Source: Oceanirhabdus seepicola (GTDB lineage Bacteria; Bacillota; Clostridia; Clostridiales; Clostridiaceae). Taken from it: a stretch of 64,000 bases of DNA. Below the pieces are notes generated by a model. It saw nothing but the letters and a program-made list of their open reading frames with translations. It did no database searches and was not told where the DNA came from. Shown here in pieces: positions 46,345 to 56,302 of this stretch. Both the position numbers and the translations under genes were made by a program. The stretch covers positions 144,148 through 208,147 of the forward strand of contig NZ_JAGSOJ010000007.1 in NCBI RefSeq assembly GCF_023684385.1, given 5' to 3'. Numbering within the stretch: the stretch's first letter is position 1; the number at the start of each line of letters is the position of its first letter.

Positions 46345-48705
46345 TTGTTGACAGAAAGAGTAAAAAAACTTAGAGCTCAAAGTGTGAGTGCAGTACCTTA
46401 TATTTCTATGGAAAGAGCACAAATAGTTGATTCTGTATATAAAAAGTATGAGGGAAGTGTAGCTACACCTGTTTTAAGAGGACTAGCATTAAAAGAATTA
46501 ATGTCAAAGAAAACACTTTGTATCAATGACGGTGAACTTATTATTGGAGAAAGAGGAGAAAAGCCTGCAGCAACGCCAACTTATCCAGAATTATGCTGTC
46601 ATACAGTTGAAGATTTTCAGATTATGAATGATCGTGAAAAAATAAGTTTTAAAACAACTGAAGAATCAAAAATAATTCAAAAAGAGACTATTATCCCATA
46701 CTGGGAGAATAGATCAATGCGTCACCATATAGTAAGTAATATGACTAAAGAGTGGAATGAATGCTACAGTGCAGGAGTTTTTACAGAATTTATGGAGCAA
46801 AGAGGACCAGGACATACTGTTGCAGATGGAAAGATTTATGAAAAGGGGTTCTTAGAATTTAAGAAAGAAATTCAAGATTCTATTGCCAAACTTGATTTTC
46901 ATAATGATGATGAAGCATTAGATAAGAAAAATCAATTAGAGGGTATGAGTATTGCTTGTGATGCTATTATGATTTTAGGTAAGCGATATTGTGAACTAGC
47001 TATAAACATGGCTAATGAAGAAAAAGATCCTGTTAGAAAAGAAGAGCTTCTTCATATTGCAAAAATATGCAGCCATGTACCAGCTAATGCACCAAGAACA
47101 TTTGAAGAAGCACTGCAAATGTACTGGTTTGTTCATTTATGTGTTATTTCAGAACTTAACCCTTGGGATGCATTTAATCCAGGTAGACTAGACCAGCATT
47201 TATATCCATTTTATAAAAAAGAAATTGAAGAAGGAACATTAACCCGTGATAAAGCAGAAGAACTTTTACAGTGTTTTTGGGTGAAATTTAATAATCAACC
47301 AGCTCCGCCAAAAGTAGGTATAACTTTAAAGGAAAGTGGGACATATACTGATTTTGCAAACATAAATAGTGGTGGATTAAAGGAAGACGGTTCTGATGGT
47401 GTAAATGAAGTAAGTTATATTGTGCTTGATGTAATTGACGAAATGAAATTATTACAGCCAAGTTCAAATGTACAAATTAGTAAAAAGACGCCACAAAAAT
47501 TTCTAAAAAGAGCATTAAAGATAACGAGAAAAGGATGGGGGCAACCTTCATTATTTAATACAGATGTTGTAATTCAAGAAATGCTCAGATCTGGTAAAAC
47601 TATTGAAGATGCAAGATGTGGTGGAAACAGTGGATGCATAGAAACAGGAGCCTTTGGAAAAGAAGCATATATCCTTACAGGGTATATGAATTTACCAAAA
47701 ATATTAGAAATTACTTTGAATAATGGTGTTGATCCCACGACTTGTAGAAAACTAGGTATTGAAACCGGGGATCCAACAAAATTCGTAAGCTATGATGAGT
47801 TATATGAAGCATATAGAAAACAATTAAAGCATTTTGTAGATATAAAAGTAAGAGGAAATAGAGTTATTGAAAGATTATATGCTAAAAAAATGCCTGTACC
47901 ATTTTTATCAGTTATTATAGATGATTGTATTACAGAAGGAAAAGATTATAATTCAGGTGGAGCAAGATATAACACATCATATATTCAAGGGGTAGGTATT
48001 GGGAATATCACAGATATGTTATCATCTATTAAATACAATGTATTTGATAATAAGAAACTAGAACTGACTGATCTTTTAGATGCAACAAAAGCTAACTTTG
48101 AAGGATATGAAGATATTTTAAACTTAGTTAAGTTTAAAACACCAAAATACGGTAATGATATTGATTATGCTGATGAAATTATGAAGGAAGTTTTTCAGGA
48201 CTACTATAATGAAGTAACAGGAAGACCCAATGTAAAAGGGGGAGTTCATAGAATAAACATGCTTCCAACTACATGTCATGTATATTTTGGATCAGTAATA
48301 GGAGCAACGCCTGATGGCAGATTAGCTAATAAACCTCTTGCAGATGGTATTTCTCCTTCTAAGGGAGCTGATACAAACGGTCCTACTGCGGTTATAAAAT
48401 CAGCGGCAAAAATGGATCATGTACTTACTGGAGGAACTCTTCTAAATCAAAAGTTCACTCCAAATCTTGTGGCGGGAGAAGAAGGATTAGATAATTTAGC
48501 TCATCTAGTAAGGTCTTATTTTAAATTAGATGGTCATCATATTCAATTTAATATTATAAGCAGGGATACGCTTTTAAAAGCGCAACAGAATCCAGATGAG
48601 TACAAAAATCTTATTGTTCGTGTTGCAGGATATAGTGATTATTTCTGTAATCTTAGTAAAGCTTTACAAGATGAAATCATAGAAAGAACTGAACAAACAT
48701 TTTAA
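46345..48705 (+). CDS. Glycyl radical enzyme (PFL fold, 786 aa), likely trans-4-hydroxy-L-proline dehydratase (HypD-like)
   Basis: The C-terminal Gly-radical motif is 'IVRVAGYSDYF'. The active-site Cys loop is 'CGGNSGCIE'. At about 786 aa it matches the size of HypD and glycerol dehydratase. The P5C reductase gene follows immediately. The TTG start follows 'AGGAGGA'. Confidence 0.6.
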   Translation: MLTERVKKLRAQSVSAVPYISMERAQIVDSVYKKYEGSVATPVLRGLALKELMSKKTLCINDGELIIGERGEKPAATPTYPELCCHTVEDFQIMNDREKISFKTTEESKIIQKETIIPYWENRSMRHHIVSNMTKEWNECYSAGVFTEFMEQRGPGHTVADGKIYEKGFLEFKKEIQDSIAKLDFHNDDEALDKKNQLEGMSIACDAIMILGKRYCELAINMANEEKDPVRKEELLHIAKICSHVPANAPRTFEEALQMYWFVHLCVISELNPWDAFNPGRLDQHLYPFYKKEIEEGTLTRDKAEELLQCFWVKFNNQPAPPKVGITLKESGTYTDFANINSGGLKEDGSDGVNEVSYIVLDVIDEMKLLQPSSNVQISKKTPQKFLKRALKITRKGWGQPSLFNTDVVIQEMLRSGKTIEDARCGGNSGCIETGAFGKEAYILTGYMNLPKILEITLNNGVDPTTCRKLGIETGDPTKFVSYDELYEAYRKQLKHFVDIKVRGNRVIERLYAKKMPVPFLSVIIDDCITEGKDYNSGGARYNTSYIQGVGIGNITDMLSSIKYNVFDNKKLELTDLLDATKANFEGYEDILNLVKFKTPKYGNDIDYADEIMKEVFQDYYNEVTGRPNVKGGVHRINMLPTTCHVYFGSVIGATPDGRLANKPLADGISPSKGADTNGPTAVIKSAAKMDHVLTGGTLLNQKFTPNLVAGEEGLDNLAHLVRSYFKLDGHHIQFNIISRDTLLKAQQNPDEYKNLIVRVAGYSDYFCNLSKALQDEIIERTEQTF

Positions 48706-48783
48706 TTTGTACAAGTAACAAAATAGTTGATAAGTTGATAGTTAGAATATGTACAAATGAATATTTAGAGGGGGTAATTCAAT

Positions 48784-49584
48784 ATGTCAAAAGTATTAGG
48801 ATTCATAGGATGTGGAAATATGTGTCAAGCCATGATGGGTGGAATTGTTAATGCAAAATTATTTTCTCCAGAAAATATAATAGTAGCTGATTTATCTGAA
48901 GAAAAATTAAAAGAAGCTTCAGAGAAATATGGAGTAAAAACAACAACAGACAATAATGAAATTGCAAAAAATGCAGATATCTTAATTTTATCTATTAAGC
49001 CAAATTTATACTCCATAGTTATTGAAGGAATAAAGGATATAGTAAAAGAGGATGCAATTGTTGTAACAATCGCTGCTGGAAAAGATATGATAGGGACAGA
49101 AAAAATGTTTAGTAAGAAAGTTAAAGTGGTAAGAGTAATGCCAAACACACCAGCACTTGTTGGAGAAGGTATGTCTGGTATATGTGCTAATGAATCAGTA
49201 ACAAAAGAAGAATTACATCAAGTTATAAATATATTTGAAAGCTTTGGAAAAGCTGAAATTGTAAGTGAAAAAATGATGGACGTAGTTACAGCAGTTAGTG
49301 GATCTGCCCCAGCGTATATTTATATGTTTATTGAAGCGATGGCAGATGCTGCTGTGCTTGACGGAATGCCAAGAGAAAAAGCATATAAATTTGCAGCTCA
49401 AACAGTATTGGGTTCAGCTAAGATGGTAATTGACACAGGAATGCATCCAGGTGCTTTAAAAGACATGGTTTGTTCACCAGGAGGAACAACCATAGAAGCC
49501 GTAGCAGTTCTTGAAAAAGAAGGATTAAGAAATACTGTAATCTCAGCTATGAGAGAATGTAGAAAAAAAGCTAATCAATTGTAA
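48784..49584 (+). CDS. proC: Pyrroline-5-carboxylate reductase
   Basis: The Rossmann motif is 'LGFIGCGNMCQAMMGG', and '..MPNTPALVGEGMSG..' matches the ProC family. Confidence 0.85.
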   Translation: MSKVLGFIGCGNMCQAMMGGIVNAKLFSPENIIVADLSEEKLKEASEKYGVKTTTDNNEIAKNADILILSIKPNLYSIVIEGIKDIVKEDAIVVTIAAGKDMIGTEKMFSKKVKVVRVMPNTPALVGEGMSGICANESVTKEELHQVINIFESFGKAEIVSEKMMDVVTAVSGSAPAYIYMFIEAMADAAVLDGMPREKAYKFAAQTVLGSAKMVIDTGMHPGALKDMVCSPGGTTIEAVAVLEKEGLRNTVISAMRECRKKANQL

Positions 49585-49656
49585 AAATATATGAGATTTT
49601 ATATAAGTAAAAATTAACGAATTTTTGTATGTTTCTAAATTAAAATTTTTTAAATA

Positions 49657-49705
49657 AAAAAACAGGTCATAAACAAATTTATGTTTATGACCTGTTTTTT
49701 ATTCT
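49657..49705 (+). terminator. Rho-independent terminator
   Basis: 'AAAAACAGGTCATAAACA-aattt-ATGTTTATGACCTGTTTTTTATT'. Confidence 0.85.
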
Positions 49706-50382
49706 ATAGGAAATTGAAAAATTTGATAAAGAAATTATCATATGTAATGTTGATTATATCAATGAGTTTCATTAGCGAAGCGCCAAGCGCCTTTTTTATG
49801 ACTATATAAATTAACACATAATTTTTAAAGTAAATTGAATGTAGAATAATCGAAAAATATGTAAAAATAACTACAAATACCAAAAAAAGTAGCATGAGTG
49901 TTAAATAATTAATTAAGTATCAAGGCTTTTTATAAAATTCCTTTAATGAAATTCACATAAATACATTTTTGAAACTAAAATATTTCATAACGATAAAATT
50001 AATTATTGAGATTTGCTTTGGGAATAAGATATAACATTATTTAGAAATTACATAAATATAAAATATAATTCACCAATATGAATAATATATAGCTAAAATA
50101 GAATAAATTTTACTAAAATACAAAATTTGTTTGTAATTTTTAATGCAACAATGTATAATTAGATTATAAATTGAGAAAATTCTTATTATTCATATTAATT
50201 GAATTTATAATATTGAAAGTTGTTTTATATATATGAATTTATTTGAAATGTACTTTAAAAGTATGAATCAAGAATAAATAGTTAAAATATAAACAATCTT
50301 TCGTTTCATGAAGAATATGATTTCTCGAATTAGTTTTATGATTTTATATCAATTACTCAAATGAAAAGTTGGGAGGGGTAAA

Positions 50383-51318
50383 ATGTTAAAATTTATTTTA
50401 AAAAGGGTTGGGTATGGATTAATAACATTATTTTTTATTGTATCAGCTACTTTTTTCCTAATAGCTGGTGCACCAGGAGATCCGATAGCTGCAAAATGTA
50501 AGCAGATGCCTGAAAAAACTCAAAAAATTATGCAAGCAAAATATGGCTTAGATAAGCCGGTATATGTAAGATATTTTATTTATATGAAAAATCTTATAAC
50601 AAAAGGTGATTTAGGAGATTCAATAATTTATACTGGAAGATCCGTAAATGAAGTTATTAAAAATAACGCACCAATATCTGCGAAAATAGGTGGTATTGCA
50701 TTAGTTCTACAATTAATCATCGGAGTTCTTTTAGGGCTTATTTCAGCTCTGAAAAGAGAAAAAGTAGCAGATCATATTATTAGGGTTTTAGTAGTGTTAG
50801 CCATATGTATACCAAGTTTTGTATTTGCAGCAGTATTACAATATTTCGTAGCATTTAAATGGAAGTTTGTGCCGGTCTTTGGGTGGGGGAAACCTATACA
50901 TTATATATTGCCAGTTATAGCAATGACTTTAGGTGGTATAGCATCATATTGTAAATATATGAGAAATAGCACAATTGGTGTTTTAAATGAAGATTACATA
51001 ATAACAGCAAAATCTAAAGGTGTTAAAACAAAAAGATTAATAAAAAAACATATATTAAGAAATTCCATGATACCTATTGTAACAATGATAGGACCAGCTA
51101 TAGCAGGAATATTTGGGGGAGCATTTATTTTAGAAAAAATGTTTGGTATACCTGGTTTAGGTAGTTATTATGTTAAAGCAGTAGCAGATAATGATTATAC
51201 AATGATATTAGGACAAACTGTATTTTTCGCTGGTCTATATATTGTTTCCTTGATAATTGTAGATATTCTATACAGTTTAGTTGATCCAAGAATTAGAGTA
51301 GCTAAAGGAGCAAAATAG
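50383..51318 (+). CDS. oppB: Oligopeptide ABC transporter permease
   Basis: It has a typical OppB N-terminus ('MLKFILKRVGYGLITLFFIV..') and is the first gene of the oppBCDFA operon. Confidence 0.85.
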   Translation: MLKFILKRVGYGLITLFFIVSATFFLIAGAPGDPIAAKCKQMPEKTQKIMQAKYGLDKPVYVRYFIYMKNLITKGDLGDSIIYTGRSVNEVIKNNAPISAKIGGIALVLQLIIGVLLGLISALKREKVADHIIRVLVVLAICIPSFVFAAVLQYFVAFKWKFVPVFGWGKPIHYILPVIAMTLGGIASYCKYMRNSTIGVLNEDYIITAKSKGVKTKRLIKKHILRNSMIPIVTMIGPAIAGIFGGAFILEKMFGIPGLGSYYVKAVADNDYTMILGQTVFFAGLYIVSLIIVDILYSLVDPRIRVAKGAK

Positions 51319-51330
51319 AGGAGGGGTATA

Positions 51331-52302
51331 ATGTCAGAGTTGAAAACAAATAAAACTGAAACTAGTATGGAATTTCATAATGAAGAGATAGAGTTAACTG
51401 ATGAGCTATTTGAAAAAATAGGGACTGTTGGTTTAGATGCTGAAGAGATTTCAAAGCCTACTTTAACTTATTGGCAAGATGTATGGAGAAGATTTAAGAA
51501 AAATAAATTAGCTTTCACAGGATTACTTATTCTGATGTTTGTTGTAATATGTGTGGGTATAGGTCCAAGGATTACAGGTTACGATTATACCTATATTGAT
51601 ACTAGTATAAAGAATCAAGGTCCTAACTTGCAACATTGGTTTGGAACAGATGATTTAGGTAGAGACATTTTCACAAGAGTGTGCATAGGTGGAAGAGTTT
51701 CAATATTAATCGGATTAGTATGTACATTTGTTATGTTTACCATTGGTTCAGTGATAGGTGGTATAGCTGGATTAAAAGGTGGAATAGTTGATGATTTATT
51801 AATGAGATTCGTTGAACTAATAGGAAATTTACCATATTTGGTTATAGTAATAATATTATCAGTTGTTTTAGGTAGAAGTATGTTTTCCTTAGTATTTGCC
51901 ATGAGTTTAATATCTTGGGTAGGTACAGCTAGGATGGTTAGAGGTCAAATACTTCAAATAAAAGAACAAGATTTCGTAGAAGCCGCTAGTGCGCTAGGAG
52001 CAGATACTAAAAGGATTATTTTAAAGCATTTACTTCCTAATACTTTGGGTATTATTATGGTAACAGTTACAATGTCAGTACCTGGATTCATATTCGGAGA
52101 AGCATTTTTAAGTTATATAGGTTTAGGGATTCAACCTCCTGGAACAAGCTGGGGAGCATTAGCATCAGCAGGACAACAAAAATTAATGTTCTATCCATAT
52201 CAATTATTTTTCCCATGCCTTTTCATTATATTGACTATATTGGCATTCCATTTAATAGGTGATGGATTAACAGATGCTTTAGATCCTAAGTTAAGAAAAT
52301 AA
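51331..52302 (+). CDS. oppC: Oligopeptide ABC transporter permease
   Basis: It has the OppC-type permease core ('..TYWQDVWRRFKKNKLAF..', EAA loop). Confidence 0.85.
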   Translation: MSELKTNKTETSMEFHNEEIELTDELFEKIGTVGLDAEEISKPTLTYWQDVWRRFKKNKLAFTGLLILMFVVICVGIGPRITGYDYTYIDTSIKNQGPNLQHWFGTDDLGRDIFTRVCIGGRVSILIGLVCTFVMFTIGSVIGGIAGLKGGIVDDLLMRFVELIGNLPYLVIVIILSVVLGRSMFSLVFAMSLISWVGTARMVRGQILQIKEQDFVEAASALGADTKRIILKHLLPNTLGIIMVTVTMSVPGFIFGEAFLSYIGLGIQPPGTSWGALASAGQQKLMFYPYQLFFPCLFIILTILAFHLIGDGLTDALDPKLRK

Positions 52303-52314
52303 GGAGGGAGAATA

Positions 52315-53343
52315 ATGACTAAGAAAAAAATTTTAGAAGTAAAAAATTTGCATGTGTCATTTAATACATATGCAGGAGAAAGCCAAGCAGTTAGAGGAGT
52401 AAGTTTTCATTTGAATGAAGGAGAAACTCTAGCTATAGTTGGAGAGTCAGGTTGTGGTAAGACTGTAACATCTAAATCTATTTTGGGTATTTTACCAAAA
52501 CCACAATCGATTATTAAAGAAGAATCGGAAGTATTATTAGAAAATAAAAATTTGTTAAAGGTAAGCGAAAGAGAAATGGCAAAAGTCAGAGGAGAAGAAA
52601 TATCAATGATATTCCAAGATCCCATGACATCTTTAAATCCTACTATGAGAGTTGGAGAACAAATAGCAGAGAGTATTATTATACATACCAATATAAGTAA
52701 GAAAGATGCAATGAAAAAGGCTGTGGAAATGCTTCAGCTTGTTAAAATACCTAATCCTGAGAAGAGAGCTAAACAGTATCCACATGAATTTTCAGGTGGT
52801 ATGAGACAAAGAGCTATGATAGCAATAGCTTTGGCTTGTAATCCGAAAATATTAATTGCAGATGAGCCGACAACAGCTTTGGATGTAACAATACAAGCGC
52901 AAATAATGAATTTAATAAGAGAGCTTCAAAAGAAGCTTAACACTGCAGTTATTCTTGTTACACATGACTTAGGGGTAGTTGCAAGCTGTGCTGACAGAAT
53001 ACAAGTTATGTATGCAGGTAAGGTTGTTGAAAGAGGTACAGTAAACGAGATCTTCTATAATCCAAAGCATCCATATACATGGGCACTTTTGAAATCAGTG
53101 CCAAGATTAGGCACGGCAAATAAAGAAGAATTATATTCCTTACAAGGAACACCACCAGATTTACTAAATCCACCAAAGGGGTGTCCTTTTGCAGCAAGAT
53201 GTGAGCATGGAATGAAAATATGTAGAGTTAAAATACCAGACGTTACTACAGTTAGTGAAACTCAAAAAGTTTCATGCTGGCTGCATCATGAGATGGCACC
53301 AAAAGTAGGTGTGCCAGAGGAATTACTAGTGGAGGTGAAATAA
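52315..53343 (+). CDS. oppD: Oligopeptide ABC transporter ATP-binding protein
   Basis: The Walker A is 'GESGCGKT' and the signature is 'FSGGMRQR'. It has the Opp C-terminal domain. Confidence 0.85.
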   Translation: MTKKKILEVKNLHVSFNTYAGESQAVRGVSFHLNEGETLAIVGESGCGKTVTSKSILGILPKPQSIIKEESEVLLENKNLLKVSEREMAKVRGEEISMIFQDPMTSLNPTMRVGEQIAESIIIHTNISKKDAMKKAVEMLQLVKIPNPEKRAKQYPHEFSGGMRQRAMIAIALACNPKILIADEPTTALDVTIQAQIMNLIRELQKKLNTAVILVTHDLGVVASCADRIQVMYAGKVVERGTVNEIFYNPKHPYTWALLKSVPRLGTANKEELYSLQGTPPDLLNPPKGCPFAARCEHGMKICRVKIPDVTTVSETQKVSCWLHHEMAPKVGVPEELLVEVK

Positions 53344-53344
53344 A

Positions 53345-54316
53345 TTGGAGCAAAATCAAAATAGAGAAGTGCTAGTTCAAGTAAAAGACCTTAAGAAACA
53401 TTTTAAAGTGAACAGTAAGGCTACTTTAAAAGCAGTAGATGGAGTTAGCTTTGATATATTTCGAGGAGAAACTTTTGGTTTGGTTGGTGAATCAGGGTGT
53501 GGAAAGACAACTTGTGGTAAAACCGTCATGGGACTTTATCATGCTACTGATGGAGAAGTGATTTTCGATGGAATAAATGTTCATAAGCTAAGAAAAAAAG
53601 AAAAGAAAGCATTTACGAGAAGAGCTCAAATTATTTTTCAAGATCCATATGCATCTTTAAATCCTAGAATGACAGTAGGTGAAATTATTGGGGAAGGTAT
53701 TGATATTCATCAGTTGTATAAAAGGAAAGAAAGAACTGATAGAATCAATCAATTACTACAAATTGTTGGATTAAACAAAGAGCACTCATCAAGATTTCCA
53801 CACGAATTCTCAGGTGGGCAAAGACAAAGAATTGGTATAGCTAGAGCACTTGCAATAGAGCCAGATTTCATTGTTTGCGACGAACCAATATCAGCTCTTG
53901 ATGTATCTATACAAGCACAGGTTGTAAACTTATTAATAAAATTGCAAGAAGATTTGGGCTTAACATATTTATTTATAGCTCATGATTTATCAATGGTTAA
54001 ACATATTTCAGACAGAGTTGGAGTTATGTATCTAGGTAATATGGTGGAACTTACCAGTAGTGAAGATTTATACGAAACACCATTACACCCCTATACAAAA
54101 GCTTTAATGTCAGCAATTCCAATTCCTGATCCGGAATTGGAAAAAAACAAAACAATGATTGATATTGACGGAGAAATACCTAGTCCTATTAATCCAAAAC
54201 CAGGATGTCGATTTGCTAGTAGATGTAAGTATACAAAAGATATTTGCACTAAGGAAAGACCAGAATTGAAAGAAGTAAAAAAAGGACATTTTGTAGCGTG
54301 CCATATAGTTGACTAA
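53345..54316 (+). CDS. oppF: Oligopeptide ABC transporter ATP-binding protein
   Basis: The Walker A is 'GESGCGKTT' and the signature is 'FSGGQRQR'. Confidence 0.85.
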   Translation: MEQNQNREVLVQVKDLKKHFKVNSKATLKAVDGVSFDIFRGETFGLVGESGCGKTTCGKTVMGLYHATDGEVIFDGINVHKLRKKEKKAFTRRAQIIFQDPYASLNPRMTVGEIIGEGIDIHQLYKRKERTDRINQLLQIVGLNKEHSSRFPHEFSGGQRQRIGIARALAIEPDFIVCDEPISALDVSIQAQVVNLLIKLQEDLGLTYLFIAHDLSMVKHISDRVGVMYLGNMVELTSSEDLYETPLHPYTKALMSAIPIPDPELEKNKTMIDIDGEIPSPINPKPGCRFASRCKYTKDICTKERPELKEVKKGHFVACHIVD

Positions 54317-54392
54317 TTAAATGTTATTTTCAGTCTACATTATGACTGTTTATATAATAATTATTGCTAAAAAATATCAAGGGGGAAATTTC

Positions 54393-56165
54393 ATGAGGAA
54401 TAAAAAAATATTAGGTATAACACTTGCAGTGTTATTTATTACTTTTTCTTTTTTAACAGGCTGTGGTTCTAATGAAAAGAAAAATACGGGAAACAATTCA
54501 GCTAAAAACACTACGGCTGAAAGTACAAGTAAGGATGATAGTAAGAAAAATGATGATTCTAAGGGATTATCTATGGATGAAGTTCAAGAGTATACTTTTG
54601 TGAGAACATCACCAATACAAACTTTAGACCCACAAAGATCTGGTTCTACACCAAACTGGGCTGTACAATCACCTATTTATGAAGGATTAACAAGATATAT
54701 TGCGACTCCAGATGGTGGGGCTGAGATTGTTGAAGGTGTGGCTAAATCATGGACAATCAGTGAAGATGGTCTAACATACACATTCAATTTAAGAGATAAT
54801 GCTAAGTGGAGCGATGGAACTCCTGTAACAGCAAAGGATTTTGAATACTCATTTAAAAGAGTGTTTGACCCAGCAGTTGCTTCTGACTATTCTTGGATGT
54901 TAGAAGGTATAATCAAAAATGGTAGTGAGTACTTAAATGACAAAGCATCTAGAGATGATGTAGGAGTAAAGGCATTAGATGAATATACACTTGAATTTGT
55001 TTTAGAAAGACCATGCGGGTATTTCTTAACATTAACTGCATTTCCAACTTATAAGCCAGTAAAACAAGAAGCTGTAGAAAAATGGGGCGAAGAGTATGGT
55101 TCTTCTGGGGATAAGGTTCTTGGTAATGGTCCATTCATGTTAAATGTATGGGAACAAAATGTTAAAATTGAATATGTTCCTAACCCATATTATTGGGATA
55201 AAGAGAATGTACACTTAACTAAGATAACAAGAAAAGTAATTCAAGAAACAGCTGCAGCAGCACAATCTTTACTAAATGGTGAAGTTGACTCAGCTGGAAT
55301 AAATGAACCAGAGTGGAAAAGCTTACTTAAAGATGATGGAAGATTTAATCATATAGATGGTGCGGGCGCTGACAATGAATTCTTAATGTTTAACACTAAA
55401 AATAAGTATTTAAAGAATAATAAAATCAGAAAAGCTATATCTATTGCAATAGACAGGGAAGCTTATAATGAAGATGTATGTAACGGAAATTATTTCCCAT
55501 CATATTCAATGGTTGCACCTGTTACTTCAATAGGAAACGAAGTATACACTAAAAAAGTTAATGAAAAGAACCAACATGTAAAAACAATGATAGAAGCAAA
55601 TAAAGATCCAAAAGCATTATTAATTCAAGGACTAAAAGAAGAAGGTTTTGACACAGATCCATCAAACGTAATTATAACTCTTAATACAAGAGGTACTTCA
55701 GAGTTTTCTAAAAAATCTGCTGAGTGGTTACAACAAAAGTTTAGAGAAACTTTAGGAATTGAGTTAAATATTGAAATGACTGAATGGAATATTATGTGGG
55801 ATAAAGTAGATGCAGGAGAGTATGAAATTGCAGTAGGTGGATGGTCAGCCGACTATAATGACCCAAGTACTTTCTTGGATTGTTTCCATACTAAAAAAGG
55901 GTATTATGGTGAAAAGAAAACAGGTTGGACTGGTGAGCAAGCTGAGAAATTTAATCAATTAATTGATAAAGCTCAAATGTCAACTGATAATGATGAAAGA
56001 GCTCAATTATTCTTAGAAGCAGAAAAAGTTTTATTAGAGGAAGCTGTTGTTACACCACTTTACTCAGGTAAATTCTCAACTTTCGTAGGAAAGTATGTTA
56101 AGAATTATAATAGTAATCCATTTGTTTATGGGGATTTCAAAGGAAGGTATATTCAAGGTAGATAA
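54393..56165 (+). CDS. oppA: Oligopeptide-binding lipoprotein (SBP family 5)
   Basis: The ATG at 54393 follows 'AAGGGGGAAATT'. The signal peptide has the lipobox 'FLTGC'. It has typical family-5 length and motifs. Confidence 0.85.
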   Translation: MRNKKILGITLAVLFITFSFLTGCGSNEKKNTGNNSAKNTTAESTSKDDSKKNDDSKGLSMDEVQEYTFVRTSPIQTLDPQRSGSTPNWAVQSPIYEGLTRYIATPDGGAEIVEGVAKSWTISEDGLTYTFNLRDNAKWSDGTPVTAKDFEYSFKRVFDPAVASDYSWMLEGIIKNGSEYLNDKASRDDVGVKALDEYTLEFVLERPCGYFLTLTAFPTYKPVKQEAVEKWGEEYGSSGDKVLGNGPFMLNVWEQNVKIEYVPNPYYWDKENVHLTKITRKVIQETAAAAQSLLNGEVDSAGINEPEWKSLLKDDGRFNHIDGAGADNEFLMFNTKNKYLKNNKIRKAISIAIDREAYNEDVCNGNYFPSYSMVAPVTSIGNEVYTKKVNEKNQHVKTMIEANKDPKALLIQGLKEEGFDTDPSNVIITLNTRGTSEFSKKSAEWLQQKFRETLGIELNIEMTEWNIMWDKVDAGEYEIAVGGWSADYNDPSTFLDCFHTKKGYYGEKKTGWTGEQAEKFNQLIDKAQMSTDNDERAQLFLEAEKVLLEEAVVTPLYSGKFSTFVGKYVKNYNSNPFVYGDFKGRYIQGR

Positions 56166-56302
56166 TATATAGAACTTTCATATGAAATTTTATATATGTT
56201 TTAAAAACAAATTTTAGATAATGAAGAACAAAGGACAAATTGGAGGCCATAATAATTTGTTCTTTGTTCTTTTAAATATAGGTTATGAACGGGGGAATTT
56301 TT

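Noticed and set aside
46345-48705. Glycerol dehydratase or choline TMA-lyase as the identity of the glycyl radical enzyme
   Set aside because: The size fits glycerol dehydratase too. However, the immediately adjacent proC and the absence of cut/BMC or dhaT-type genes favour HypD. Alternatives are not fully excluded without alignment.
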